In this document: in pieces, positions 50,584-61,266 of the stretch | Numbering within the stretch: the stretch's first letter is position 1 | Layout: each line of letters begins with the position of its first letter | Assembly: GCA_016932575.1 (NCBI GenBank) | Contig: JAFGCO010000063.1 | Coordinates: 5,901-69,900, forward strand | Source of the DNA: a bacterium | GTDB lineage: Bacteria > Zhuqueibacterota > QNDG01 > JAFGCO01 | Reading direction: 5' to 3' | Length of the DNA: 64,000 nt | Program-made: the position numbers and the translations under genes | The notes under the pieces: model-generated | Databases searched by the model: none | What the model was told of the DNA's origin: nothing | Seen by the model: only the letters and a program-made list of their open reading frames with translations

Positions 50584-52131
50584 ATGGAAATGCTATTAAC
50601 AACTGCAGAAATGCGGGAGATGGATCGGAAAACCATTGAGGAAGTTCATATTCCGGGACTCTTGCTGATGGAACATGCAGGAGCAGCTTTAGCTGAATGT
50701 GTTTTAGAGATTCTGGAAGAAACAGACGGACAACATGTGGGCGTTGTCTGCGGTAAAGGGAATAACGGGGGAGATGGGTTTGTAGCGGCAAGACTGCTTT
50801 TTACACAGGGATGGGCCGTATCAGTTTTTTTAGCTGGAAATCCGAAGGAGATCCGAGGAGACGCGTTGGTTAATTTTCAGGCACTGAAAGGTTTAGAGAT
50901 TGATATATTTCCGTTAGAATCAAAAAAAGATCTGTCAAAGCTGCACCATCTGGATTTGGTGATCGATGCATTACTGGGTACTGGAATCAGCGGTGAAGTT
51001 ACCGGCTTTATTGCGGAAATCATCGATACTTTGAACCAAATCGATGTGCCAGTCGTGTCTGTTGATGTACCGTCGGGTTTGCATTGTGATGACGGGCAAG
51101 TTTCAGGAGCATGTATTGAGGCAGATGCCACCGTTACTTTTGGGCATCTGAAACGGGGCCTGGTTGTTCCGCCGGGGCGCGATCTTGCAGGAATTGTTGA
51201 TGTTGCTGATATTGGGATTCCTTCCAGTGTTACTGATTCTGTTGATATTAAAACCTGGTTATTTGAATTGACTGATTGTTTGGAGAGTCTCCCCTCACGT
51301 CCAGCATCCGCACATAAAGGCAATTTTGGCAAAGCAGCGGTTTTGGCTGGTTCGAGAGGTTTGACCGGTGCTGCTGCGTTGGCCTCATTGGCTGCACTAA
51401 AAGCGGGTGGCGGTCTTGTGGTTCTTGGCTGCCCGGTTGGTGTCAATGCTATTCTGGAAAGCAAACTCACTGAAGTGATGACACGGCCGCTTCCAGAAAC
51501 CGAACAGGGCACTCTTTCATTGTCCGCAGAGGTTGAAGTTCAGCATTTACTGGATTGGTCGGATGTTCTGGCCATTGGTCCCGGTTTGTCGCAGGAAATG
51601 GAAACCCAGGCTTTGATACGCAAGACCATTGTCGATTTTAAAAGGCCAGCAGTGGTGGATGCGGATGGATTAAACGCAATTGCCGGACATACTGATCTGT
51701 TCAAGGATTGTCAGTCGCCATTGATTATTACACCGCATCCAGGTGAACTGGCCCGTCTCACGGATGTTCATATTTCTGATATTGTCAGTAATCCTATTGA
51801 AGTTGCCAGGAAATGGTCGGTGGAATGGCAATGTGTGCTTGTTCTGAAAGGTGCTCCGACTGTAATAGGTCTTCCGGACGAACACGTGTATGTCAACAAT
51901 TCCGGAAATTCTGGGATGGCGACGGCAGGTTCGGGAGATGTGCTGACAGGCCTGATAGCCGGTTTGCTGGCACAGGGGTGTTCCGTTCGTGAGGCCAGTC
52001 TTTGCGGTGTATATTTACATGGACTGGCCGGAGATTTAGCAGCCGAGCATATTACAGGTCGAGCAATGGTTGCCGGAGATATCATTGCTGAAATCGGTGC
52101 GGCTTTTAAAAAGATCGAGGCCTGTGTATGA
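50584..52131 (+). CDS. nnr: Bifunctional NAD(P)HX epimerase/dehydratase
   Basis: LMEHAG, GKGNNGGDG, DALLGTG, HKGNFG, ITPHPGE, TAGSGDVLTG. Confidence 0.95.
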   Translation: MEMLLTTAEMREMDRKTIEEVHIPGLLLMEHAGAALAECVLEILEETDGQHVGVVCGKGNNGGDGFVAARLLFTQGWAVSVFLAGNPKEIRGDALVNFQALKGLEIDIFPLESKKDLSKLHHLDLVIDALLGTGISGEVTGFIAEIIDTLNQIDVPVVSVDVPSGLHCDDGQVSGACIEADATVTFGHLKRGLVVPPGRDLAGIVDVADIGIPSSVTDSVDIKTWLFELTDCLESLPSRPASAHKGNFGKAAVLAGSRGLTGAAALASLAALKAGGGLVVLGCPVGVNAILESKLTEVMTRPLPETEQGTLSLSAEVEVQHLLDWSDVLAIGPGLSQEMETQALIRKTIVDFKRPAVVDADGLNAIAGHTDLFKDCQSPLIITPHPGELARLTDVHISDIVSNPIEVARKWSVEWQCVLVLKGAPTVIGLPDEHVYVNNSGNSGMATAGSGDVLTGLIAGLLAQGCSVREASLCGVYLHGLAGDLAAEHITGRAMVAGDIIAEIGAAFKKIEACV

Positions 52132-52505
52132 AGCATTCCTTGGTTAGGATCTATGGACCAGCAGCCATGTATATGATCCTGATTTTTATTTTGTCTTCAA
52201 TACCTTCGGTGAAACCACCCGATCTGGGAATTAATGCTGAAGATAAAATTGCGCACGTGCTGGAATATGCAGTGCTGGGCACTTTGCTTGCCCGGACTGC
52301 TCATTTCAAATACCCTTTTTCTTTCCGGCTTTTTTTAATGATATTTTTCATTGGTGCGCTGTATGGAATCAGCGATGAAATCCATCAGGCGTTTGTTCCT
52401 AACCGGTTTTCTTCTCCATGGGATGCACTGGCTGACGCGGTGGGAGTATTCGTGGGGCAAGCGATATACTGGAAATGGAAAATGCGCCGTTCCAGTATGC
52501 AATAA
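52128..52505 (+). CDS. VanZ family membrane protein
   Basis: DKIAHVLEY, SDEIHQAFVPNR, DALAD. Confidence 0.88.
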   Translation: MKHSLVRIYGPAAMYMILIFILSSIPSVKPPDLGINAEDKIAHVLEYAVLGTLLARTAHFKYPFSFRLFLMIFFIGALYGISDEIHQAFVPNRFSSPWDALADAVGVFVGQAIYWKWKMRRSSMQ

Positions 52506-52624
52506 TATATTTTCTTATTGACTTTTTTACTGCTTTTATTAATTTAATAAGTGCATTTTTGGATACGGTTATTCCAGGGATTATTTATGAAATTCGAATT
52601 ATCTTACCAGTCAGGAGGAGAGTT

Positions 52625-53839
52625 ATGACAACACTTCATTTTAATTTCAAAGATATGTTTCGTTCGGTGAGACTGGCTTTCAGTCTGCAAAGGATCTGGA
52701 TTCAATTTGTCGGACTATTGGGAGCTTATATCGGTTATTTCATTTTAACTTATCTGGCTTTCCTGATTTCTGGAGAGGGGATAGTTGGTGTATGGCACCG
52801 GTATGGTTTGCTGCCTGTAATTCCAGGGACATATGTACCTGTTCAGGGAATTATTGTCTATGGCCTGGCTGTTTTTGTCCTTGTATATGGTTATATGATT
52901 ACGGCTACTGGAGTCGCCAGAGCTGTTTATATGAACCTGAAGGGAAATACATTTTATACCTGGAAAGAGGCATTGGCCTTTGCTTTTAAAAAGAAATTGT
53001 CCATTTTGGGAACCCCTTTTTCCTTAGCTGTTATGATAATGTTATTTGTATTGGGAGGCGGTTTAATGGGGCTGATTGGGAAAATACCCTATGCCGGTGA
53101 ATTGTTTATGTCCGTATTTTCGATTTTCTGGATTTTAGCAACGCTGTTTTTGGTGTTCGTTGGCATTGCTTTGATTGTTTCACTGTTTCTAACACCGGCC
53201 ATTCTGGCCACAACGGACGATGACGCATTTGAAGGTATTTTTCAAAGTTTTTCGATTGCATTTACCCAGCCCTGGCGTCTGTTGATTTATCAAATTCTCA
53301 ATGTTGTCACATCTGTTTTTGGATTGATTACATTTACATTGCTGATTAAATATTCCTGGAAATTGTTGAATATTATTTTTACCTGGAGTATGGGGGATAA
53401 ATTTGTACGTGTCGCCACTGCAGCTTCCTATTACGTACAAAGCTTGACGTATCCCTTTGTTCTCTTTTATAAAGATGTTTTAGGAGATTACGGCAATATT
53501 TTCTTTTATACGCATCGTTTTACGAGTGAGGCTCTTGAAGCACTTCACTCATGGTCGGAGGGAACATCGGCGATTATTCTTGCAATTGTATTAATAATTC
53601 TGGGTGGATATGTCATGTCATTTCCCTTGGCTGTTTTCAATACGGGACATACACTTGGTTTTTTAGTGATTAAGAAATTCAAGGATGATGAAAATTTGCT
53701 GGAACGTAAAGACAGGGAGGAAGAAGATGATGAGGAGGACGAGGAAGTGAAATCCATTGAAGAAGAAAAACCGGCAGAAGAAGTAAAAAAGAAAACAGAA
53801 GCCAAGAAAAGCAAGGGCAAAAAGAAGAAGGAAGAATAG
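52625..53839 (+). CDS. Multi-pass membrane protein with charged C-terminal tail
   Basis: RBS aggaggag before ATG 52625; several TM segments; acidic then Lys-rich tail. Confidence 0.75.
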   Translation: MTTLHFNFKDMFRSVRLAFSLQRIWIQFVGLLGAYIGYFILTYLAFLISGEGIVGVWHRYGLLPVIPGTYVPVQGIIVYGLAVFVLVYGYMITATGVARAVYMNLKGNTFYTWKEALAFAFKKKLSILGTPFSLAVMIMLFVLGGGLMGLIGKIPYAGELFMSVFSIFWILATLFLVFVGIALIVSLFLTPAILATTDDDAFEGIFQSFSIAFTQPWRLLIYQILNVVTSVFGLITFTLLIKYSWKLLNIIFTWSMGDKFVRVATAASYYVQSLTYPFVLFYKDVLGDYGNIFFYTHRFTSEALEALHSWSEGTSAIILAIVLIILGGYVMSFPLAVFNTGHTLGFLVIKKFKDDENLLERKDREEEDDEEDEEVKSIEEEKPAEEVKKKTEAKKSKGKKKKEE

Positions 53840-53883
53840 TCAATATTCAAAGAAAAATCATCATGAATATTGAGTGGTTTTTG

Positions 53884-53913
53884 ATAAACGCCGGGCTGTC
53901 GCCCGGCGTTTAT
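53884..53913. terminator. Hairpin, probable terminator
   Basis: ataaacgccgggc-tgtc-gcccggcgtttat, 13-bp perfect stem. Confidence 0.75.
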
Positions 53914-54357
53914 TGTTATGGATATAGTCTTTGCTTATCGATATTCGGACAGCATATTCAACCAGCTGTTTGGGGATCGATAATATCAGATTTTTTGATA
54001 TTTTTAATTACCCTGTTTCCGCGGATTGGGAGTGCCGAATCAATCAAATATTTGCAAAAAATCCGGGATCGAAAACCATCTGCCCAGGATTTAGTGCTTC
54101 AGATTGTACACATGGTTGCGGCGGCCATTTAATACATATGAAATTTGATTATTGTCACTTTCTCAGCGGGTGTGTTTTGTTATATAACTTACTTTTAATA
54201 TATGCCAATTGTCCGAAGAGCCATATACTGGGTGTAGGATTGACGTGCACAGCGATTTTTTTATGAAAAACCGGTTGATTTGAACGCCCTGGTTTGCTAA
54301 ATTGCAAATAGTTAATTTCGAAAATCTTTGATGTTTATCCAACCTGAAGATGAATTC

Positions 54358-54951
54358 ATGCGCAACGGACTTGTCGTTTTCATATTGATGATTTTTTGCA
54401 TCACTGCCTGTGAGCATCCGTTTTCATCACGCAAGCCGGAATTTCCCAATACGAGTCAGTCTTTGTGGTTTCCTCCGCATACGCCTGAAGAAGTTCTTAC
54501 CAATTTGAATTATGCCATTCAGGAAAGAAATTCTGAAAATTATATGCGTTGCTTTTTAAATGAACCGGAATCACAGAGATCATTTCGATTTATTCCGGAT
54601 CCGGAAGGTGCCGCACTATATCCGCATCTTGTTCAATGGACATGGAACCAGGAAGAAACCATGATTCAGGAAACCTTTTCTCTTGTACCGGAAGATTCCA
54701 GTATATTACTTCAATTCACGGAGAATATTCGGGATGTCATTGCCGCTGACAGTGCTGCCCTTGTTCGTCAATACCACTGGGTGATCCATCATAACGATCC
54801 TTCACTGCCCAGAGAGCTGGAAGGGCAGGTGGAATTACGGATGGCTGAAAATGCTGTTGGGGAATGGGGTATCTATCAATGGATTGATAACAGTATTTCT
54901 GAAACGCCTTCATTCAGCATATGGAAAGCAGATTTGGGAGCGGCGCAATGA
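54358..54951 (+). CDS. Putative lipoprotein
   Basis: Lipobox-like ITAC after a hydrophobic stretch. Confidence 0.7.
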   Translation: MRNGLVVFILMIFCITACEHPFSSRKPEFPNTSQSLWFPPHTPEEVLTNLNYAIQERNSENYMRCFLNEPESQRSFRFIPDPEGAALYPHLVQWTWNQEETMIQETFSLVPEDSSILLQFTENIRDVIAADSAALVRQYHWVIHHNDPSLPRELEGQVELRMAENAVGEWGIYQWIDNSISETPSFSIWKADLGAAQ

Positions 54952-56069
54952 AGTTATCCTCTCCTTCCGATCAATCGCAAATACGCCTGTTTTTTGAAAG
55001 CGTTTGGGCGCCTTTTTTGGCTGGTGGATTGATTATTCTGTTTTTAATTGCAGGCCGTATTATTATGGATGCCTGGATTGAAAAGTCTCATGAACCAACC
55101 CTCCAGGCAGGTCCACCTCTGAAAGAAATAAAGCAGCGGGTTAGCGATGTTCTTGTGGCACATGAAGTGCAGTGGAAAGAAATCTCAAATCCTGCCGGTT
55201 CATTGCAACACTGGGAGGTTAAGATCCCGGCCGATCTTCCAGAAAGTGATCTGTATGTTTCATTACAGGGGGGATTATTCGATATTGGGGCTGAAGTGAT
55301 TTATTCACATCATGATCCCAGATCCGGACAACTTCGATTAAATCTGGGATGGGCCGATTCCTGTCTGCTGGTTCTGCAGTTGGTTCCGGCAGCCTATAAG
55401 CGACGAGCAGGACATATTGCCATTTTAATAGATGATTTTGGCGATCGGTGTGATACATTTACAAAATCCTTTCTCGATTTGGATGCGGATATTACTATTT
55501 CTATTATTCCCGGACTGTCGCACAGCAGAGAGATGGCAAATCAAGCGTTTTTGCAGGGATGCGAATTTGTTATGCACCTGCCCATGGAACCCCTAAACGG
55601 CGATTATCCGGATTATGGATATACCCTGATCACAGAAATGTCTCAAAAACAGGTGGAAGAAATATTTGAAAAATCGATGAGAAATCTACCTCAAGCGGCA
55701 GGTGTGAATAATCATATGGGATCTAAAGTGACATCGGATCGTCGGATTATGGGGTATTTGATGAATGCCATTAAGCCGAAAAATCTTTATTTTTTAGACA
55801 GCCGTACGACGGCTGCCAGCGTAGCCTATGATGTGGCACTTTTCACAGGATTGCGATGTGCCAAGCGGGACGTGTTTTTAGATACAGATTCTGAAAAACA
55901 AGCTATCCGACGAAAGCTGATTGAGCTGGCTCAGAAAGCGGAAGATAAAGGAACTGGTATTGGTATAGGACATTGTTATCGTAATACACTGGAAGTACTT
56001 CGAGAAGAGATCCCTGAACTTCAGAAACAGGGATTTCAGTTTATTCATTTATCGCAGGCTGTAAGATAA
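54948..56069 (+). CDS. Divergent polysaccharide deacetylase (YibQ-like)
   Basis: IAILIDDFG, HLPMEP, GVNNHMGS, FLDSRT, RDVFLD, IGH. Confidence 0.9.
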   Translation: MKLSSPSDQSQIRLFFESVWAPFLAGGLIILFLIAGRIIMDAWIEKSHEPTLQAGPPLKEIKQRVSDVLVAHEVQWKEISNPAGSLQHWEVKIPADLPESDLYVSLQGGLFDIGAEVIYSHHDPRSGQLRLNLGWADSCLLVLQLVPAAYKRRAGHIAILIDDFGDRCDTFTKSFLDLDADITISIIPGLSHSREMANQAFLQGCEFVMHLPMEPLNGDYPDYGYTLITEMSQKQVEEIFEKSMRNLPQAAGVNNHMGSKVTSDRRIMGYLMNAIKPKNLYFLDSRTTAASVAYDVALFTGLRCAKRDVFLDTDSEKQAIRRKLIELAQKAEDKGTGIGIGHCYRNTLEVLREEIPELQKQGFQFIHLSQAVR

Positions 56070-56194
56070 ATCAAATATTAAATATCAAATATCTAAAAGA
56101 AAAAAAATCAAAAATCAAGACAACTGCATTTGTATTTTTAATTTGTCATTTATGATATTTACATTTTGCTTTTTCATTTTTTATGGGAGGTGCT

Positions 56195-56905
56195 ATGGCG
56201 CGATTGGGCGTGAATCTTGAAGCGATTGCAATTCTCCGTGAGAATGGTGTCAGCGGTGCTGATCCGTTGATGACTGCGATGCTGGCTGAACTGGGCGGTG
56301 CAGATGGTATTGTATGTTCGTTGCGGGAGGATTTGCCTTATATTAAGGAAAGGGATTTACAATTATTAAAAGAATTGGTCAAAACACATCTGAATATTCA
56401 AACACCTGTGGATGAATCCCTGATTAACCAAGTTCTCTCGATACATCCGGATATGATTACTTTGGTTCCCGGAAACAAACCAGGCAGCACACCAGGTGGC
56501 GGACTGGATGTTCTGGGTCAGGGAAGCAAATTGGTAAAATTGATGCAGGAGCTTCGTGATCAAGACGTCGTGATCTGTATGCTGATAGAACCAAATATTC
56601 ATCAGATCAAAGCAGCCGCGAAAATCGGTGTGGATTATGTGGAATTACATCTGGGGCTTTATGCCAAAGCAGACGATTTAAATGAACGCAATGATCATCT
56701 TGAAAATATCAGCAGTGTGAGTCTGGCTGCCCAGAAACTGGGACTGGGTGTGGCAGCAGGTCAGTATGCGGATTATCAAAATGTGATGGCGATTTCTGCG
56801 ATTAACTCTATTGAGGAAATCAATGTAGGACGCGCTATTATAAGCAGAGCCCTAAGTATAGGGATGGAGTCAGCCGTCCGGGATATGGTGGCGCTGGTAC
56901 ATTGA
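56195..56905 (+). CDS. pdxJ: PdxJ-fold protein with degenerate active site
   Basis: Full-length similarity (LGVN, GADGI, LRED, GGLDV, VELH, AIISRA), but most catalytic residues are replaced. Confidence 0.75.
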   Translation: MARLGVNLEAIAILRENGVSGADPLMTAMLAELGGADGIVCSLREDLPYIKERDLQLLKELVKTHLNIQTPVDESLINQVLSIHPDMITLVPGNKPGSTPGGGLDVLGQGSKLVKLMQELRDQDVVICMLIEPNIHQIKAAAKIGVDYVELHLGLYAKADDLNERNDHLENISSVSLAAQKLGLGVAAGQYADYQNVMAISAINSIEEINVGRAIISRALSIGMESAVRDMVALVH

Positions 56906-57086
56906 TGGAAAAATGATGATACAGAAAAATGAAGGCGCAAATATAACAACAAATATTCATGAGATTTAAGACAATGATTTGACAGGCTCAGGATAAAACT
57001 TGACTCAAAATCATGACAGGTGATGGAAAGAAAGACCGTATAAAAAGTCAGTTCGGATGAATATTGGATGATGCATACAAATCCAT

Positions 57087-58124
57087 ATGAAAAAAAAATA
57101 CAACATTGGTATTATCGGTATGGGCATGATCGGGGATGTGCATCTGGAATGCATCCGGAAGGATGGCAGGGGAGAAGTGACCTGGATAGCAGCACGATCG
57201 GAAGAAACGCTCAATAAGAAATTGAATAAATATCGTGTGCCCCATGGCACTACGGACTATCATGATATGCTTAAAGATCCATCTGTCAGTGCGGTAATCA
57301 TTGCCAGCCCGCCGTTTACGCATCTGGAAATAACCAAATCTGCTTTAAAAGCCGGAAAACACATACTACTTGAAAAACCCATGGTTGTAAGTCCGGACGA
57401 ATTGGATACACTGCTAAAGCTCATTAAAAGATATCCAGATCTATTGGTATTGGAATGCTCTTGCAGGCATGCGCGACTGCAGCCCAAGTTTAAATATGTC
57501 CGAAAAATAATCAGAGACGGCGTACTGGGAGAAATTTATCATATCCATCATCAGCACTTAACAAGGTCCACATTTATCGAGTACAATCCGGCAGGGATCT
57601 GGGCACACCAGAAGGCGCTGGCCGGGGGCGGACCATTGATCGACTGGGGTGTCTATGATCTGTCTTTTCATCTGGGTATTCTGGATGATGTTCCGAATCC
57701 AGTCACGGTTGAATCTTTTACCCGGAATGATTTAAAAGAATACGACCTTTGTGATTTTAAATCTGATATTGAGGAACACGGTGCGGCTTTTATGACCTTT
57801 GATACTGGACTTACCTACTATTATGAACGGGGTGCGGGTGTGCATTTTGAAGCGCCCAACCAAACGAGGATTCATGGAAGCCGAGGAGGGCTGCAATTCT
57901 CCTTTTGTACCTGGGATGCTCCTGAAGTTACGCTGTTTTATTTGGATGCTTCCGGAAATGAAGCAAAAACAGTTATTATTCCGGAAGGCTTAGCTGATCA
58001 CGATGATAATCTGGCTTTAACCTCACATTTTCTGGATTTTCTAGAAGGCAGAGTGAAACCTCAGATGACTGTATCCTTGGCAGCCAAGTATCTGCGGATT
58101 CTGTTTAGGATTATCAAAAATTGA
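57087..58124 (+). CDS. Gfo/Idh/MocA oxidoreductase
   Basis: IGIIGMGMIG, AGKHILLEKP, GGGPLIDWGVY. Confidence 0.9.
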   Translation: MKKKYNIGIIGMGMIGDVHLECIRKDGRGEVTWIAARSEETLNKKLNKYRVPHGTTDYHDMLKDPSVSAVIIASPPFTHLEITKSALKAGKHILLEKPMVVSPDELDTLLKLIKRYPDLLVLECSCRHARLQPKFKYVRKIIRDGVLGEIYHIHHQHLTRSTFIEYNPAGIWAHQKALAGGGPLIDWGVYDLSFHLGILDDVPNPVTVESFTRNDLKEYDLCDFKSDIEEHGAAFMTFDTGLTYYYERGAGVHFEAPNQTRIHGSRGGLQFSFCTWDAPEVTLFYLDASGNEAKTVIIPEGLADHDDNLALTSHFLDFLEGRVKPQMTVSLAAKYLRILFRIIKN

Positions 58125-58319
58125 AAGAATGAAGCAGAAACAAGAAATATGATATGAGAGTGTCATAGGGTCGTTGGGTCTTTTGAATCGTCGGTTGAGA
58201 GACTGAAATGGAGCACGGGGGGATCGGAGAAACGGAGAAGAAGTAAGAAAAAAGAAACAAAACAAGACAAAGCAAAAAACAAAGAAGATGGTCAAGAAAC
58301 GATTGGACATTAAAAATAC

Positions 58320-58348
58320 TTGACAAAATGGAAACGATTCCGTATTTT
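58320..58348 (+). promoter_or_regulatory. Sigma70-like promoter with palindrome in the spacer
   Basis: TTGACA-17 nt-TATTTT; spacer contains tggaaacgattccg. Confidence 0.55.
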
Positions 58349-58442
58349 AAACAATCAAAAAAGGAGGTTTCTATAAGCTCTTGGTAATGGTTGATGGGTG
58401 ATACTTATATTTGTACAGGAGAGCATATAGAGATCATGTTTG

Positions 58443-58489
58443 CCGAATCATTGTGGATTGTTATATCCATGGGAAGATTCGGTTTTTTT
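58443..58489 (+). terminator. Intrinsic terminator
   Basis: ccgaatc...tggat-tgttat-atcca...gattcgg followed by T7. Confidence 0.65.
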
Positions 58490-58528
58490 ATGCCTATTTT
58501 TACAAATGGTGAGTGAAGGAATGCGATT

Positions 58529-59683
58529 ATGAGGTTGAAAATATTTATCGTGACAACTGCTCTGTTGGGGATTGTACTGTGCTTTCAATACTGTGAAGTC
58601 CGCAATCCTGCTGATGAGAGATATTTTTATCCGGAAATTGATAATATAACAACTCCTCGAACAGTCGCCCTTCAGGGGGATATGCTATATTCCATCTATG
58701 TCACTGTATCAGATCCACAAGGTCTGGAGGATATCGCATATGTTCAATTTTCATTATCGGACAGTCTGGAGGATTTCAATTTACATGATAACGGACATGA
58801 CGGAGATTTAATTCCTAAGGATGGATCATACAGTGGCCGGTTTTTACCTGAGTTATTTAGTGGAAAGCAAGGGGCTTATCAGTTACAAATCACTGCTCAG
58901 GATCATGAGGGAAATATGACAATGGCATTCAGTGATACGATTTGGGTGGAAGATACCGTGCCAGATCAAGCTCCGGTTCTCCATCATCCGGTTGTGTCTG
59001 ATACTGTGGCAGTAGAAGAACTGACGAATTTTTATCTTTCCATTCATGCCTATGATGGTCAAGGTCTGGATGATATTGATTCGCTGGTGTATCAGATTTA
59101 TCCGCCTCTGAGCACAAAGCCAATATACCAGAGCATATTAAGAGATGACGGAACCGGCGGAGACATAGCGGCAGGAGACAGCGTCTTCAGTATTTGCGCT
59201 GATCTTTCAGATACACTGAAAGGACTGGGACCGCATCAAATTCGTTTTCAGGCAAAAGATATTCATGGCAATCAAAGTGTGCCTTTGGTTGTTACGTTTT
59301 TCATCGCAGGTATCAACGATGAACCGATACTGTCTAATTTAAACGCTCCAGTTGTAATCAACAGGCTTGATCCGACCCCAATTGTCATTACAATTCAAGT
59401 AACGGATCCACAAGGTCCTGCGGATGTCCGTAAGGTCTATTTCAACAGCATCAAGCCAAATGGATTTCCTGCAAGGGGAAATCCATTTATTTTACGGGAT
59501 GACGGAAGTGAAGACTGGGGTGATGAGAAAGCTGGAGACGGGATATACTCAATCGCGATTGTGATTTCATCAGACAATCAATTGGGAAGATATACATTTT
59601 CGTTCTATGCTCAGGATCTTGCAGGAGATCTCAGTGAACCCAGGGTGCATTATTTGGTCGTTATGGAAGAGGAACTTAATTGA
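58529..59683 (+). CDS. Putative lipoprotein with three choice-of-anchor-X-like Ig repeats
   Basis: Three repeats of DPQG..DI...L.DDG..GD..AGDG.YS; Cys after signal peptide. Confidence 0.7.
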   Translation: MRLKIFIVTTALLGIVLCFQYCEVRNPADERYFYPEIDNITTPRTVALQGDMLYSIYVTVSDPQGLEDIAYVQFSLSDSLEDFNLHDNGHDGDLIPKDGSYSGRFLPELFSGKQGAYQLQITAQDHEGNMTMAFSDTIWVEDTVPDQAPVLHHPVVSDTVAVEELTNFYLSIHAYDGQGLDDIDSLVYQIYPPLSTKPIYQSILRDDGTGGDIAAGDSVFSICADLSDTLKGLGPHQIRFQAKDIHGNQSVPLVVTFFIAGINDEPILSNLNAPVVINRLDPTPIVITIQVTDPQGPADVRKVYFNSIKPNGFPARGNPFILRDDGSEDWGDEKAGDGIYSIAIVISSDNQLGRYTFSFYAQDLAGDLSEPRVHYLVVMEEELN

Positions 59684-61152
59684 TGAAAAGATTGATATTT
59701 TTATATTGGATTATTATGTCGGTGAGTGTGACTGCCGGACAGTGGCATGAGAATAGCTATCGGTTATCCCACAATGTATCCCAAGGACCTGCGGGAAATG
59801 GTATTATTAATCTTTTAATTCGGGATGATGTGCTGTATGTCGGCGGGGATGAAGGGATGGCTATGACAGAGGATTTAGGGCAAACCTGGTTTCGTTCGAC
59901 GCATGAGAACGGCATTGGCAAAGGCGGTGTGAGCGCTCTGGATGTCCGTGATGATATCATCTGGATAGCGACTGGATTTGATACATTAATCGATCAGGAA
60001 TATTTGCCTGCCGGCGGTGGCGTTGGTTATTCTGAAGATCGCGGAGAATCCTGGTATTGGTTTAAACAGCCAAAGGATTTAAAAATCGAAGAATCCTACA
60101 AACCCACGACCACCCATGTACAAAACATCACTTACGATTTGGCTGTTACTGAAGATGCGGTCTGGATCGCCAGTTTTGGCGGCGGATTGAGAAAATTTAT
60201 CAGTGACGAAAACAGATGGCAGGTGGTAACCGTGGATGGATATCCGTTTGATGCGCTGGGTAATTTATCGCATCGGGCATTTTCTGTGATTTACGACGGA
60301 GAGGCGCTATGGGCAGGAACAGCCGGAGGTGTTCATAAGTCCTATGACGGCGGCTTGAACTGGGTTACTTTCAGTCATCAGAATCAGGATCAGCCGATTT
60401 CAGGTAACTTTATTGTGGCGATGGCCAAACAAAAAACGGCCACTCGTGAACTGATTTGGGCAGCGACATGGCCAACAACCACGGAATCAGGAGATGAAAC
60501 CGAATTCAAAGCAGTCAGCAAGTCGGAAGATGGCGGATTGACATGGACGACAATACTGAAAAATGAATCCGCCCACAATTTTGCATTCCGTGATTCGATT
60601 GCATATATCGCCACAGATAATGGAGTTTTCATGTCTCCTGACTATGGAAAAACCTGGGCGATTTATCCTATTATTTATGATGCCAAAATCAATCGAACCC
60701 TTTATGACAATGAAATTAATTGTGTGGCTGCAGGACCGAGTGAATCATTATGGATAGGCACTTCTGATGGCCTGGGGATGACACTTGACAATGGATTGAC
60801 ATGGTCTATTTTTCAGGCACATGTAATTCCGGGAGAGGCAGGAGAGCCCAAGACCTATGCCTGCCCCAATCCGTTTGCTTCGCTGCCCCATGGCGAGTCC
60901 TCCGATGATCTCCGATGCCGGTTTGTTTATCATGCGAATCATGTTACAAAGGTGAAGGTTTCTATCTATGATTTTGGTTTGAACCTGGTCAAAACGCTCA
61001 ATTACGACGTGGCCTCACCCGGATTGCAGGCGGAACCGGCGTGGAACGGCACAAATGATCTTGGAGACCGGGTATCCAACGGTGTGTATTTTTATTGCGT
61101 GAAAGTCACAGGTGAAGGGGAGTATTGGGGTAAAGTGATGTTGGTCAACTAA
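59683..61152 (+). CDS. Exported BNR/Asp-box beta-propeller protein with FlgD-Ig C-terminal domain
   Basis: Repeated SxDxGxxW; YACPNPF...WNGTND...VSNGVYFY. Confidence 0.82.
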   Translation: MKRLIFLYWIIMSVSVTAGQWHENSYRLSHNVSQGPAGNGIINLLIRDDVLYVGGDEGMAMTEDLGQTWFRSTHENGIGKGGVSALDVRDDIIWIATGFDTLIDQEYLPAGGGVGYSEDRGESWYWFKQPKDLKIEESYKPTTTHVQNITYDLAVTEDAVWIASFGGGLRKFISDENRWQVVTVDGYPFDALGNLSHRAFSVIYDGEALWAGTAGGVHKSYDGGLNWVTFSHQNQDQPISGNFIVAMAKQKTATRELIWAATWPTTTESGDETEFKAVSKSEDGGLTWTTILKNESAHNFAFRDSIAYIATDNGVFMSPDYGKTWAIYPIIYDAKINRTLYDNEINCVAAGPSESLWIGTSDGLGMTLDNGLTWSIFQAHVIPGEAGEPKTYACPNPFASLPHGESSDDLRCRFVYHANHVTKVKVSIYDFGLNLVKTLNYDVASPGLQAEPAWNGTNDLGDRVSNGVYFYCVKVTGEGEYWGKVMLVN

Positions 61153-61266
61153 ATGCTTGACATGCAACGAAATGAATATCAATGCCGAACGGCTGATTGC
61201 TTCATTGTGATAGACAGGCTGTCAGCAGATGAATAATTTACCTGTAAAATTTGGAATAAAATTAAT

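Noticed and set aside
50877-52136. Long antisense ORFs (also 18391-18954, 31365-31817, 61550-62155)
   Set aside because: Shadow frames of well-supported genes on the opposite strand.
53863-54417. Short ORFs in the spacer after the membrane protein
   Set aside because: They overlap a terminator hairpin and each other, with no RBS or recognisable motifs.
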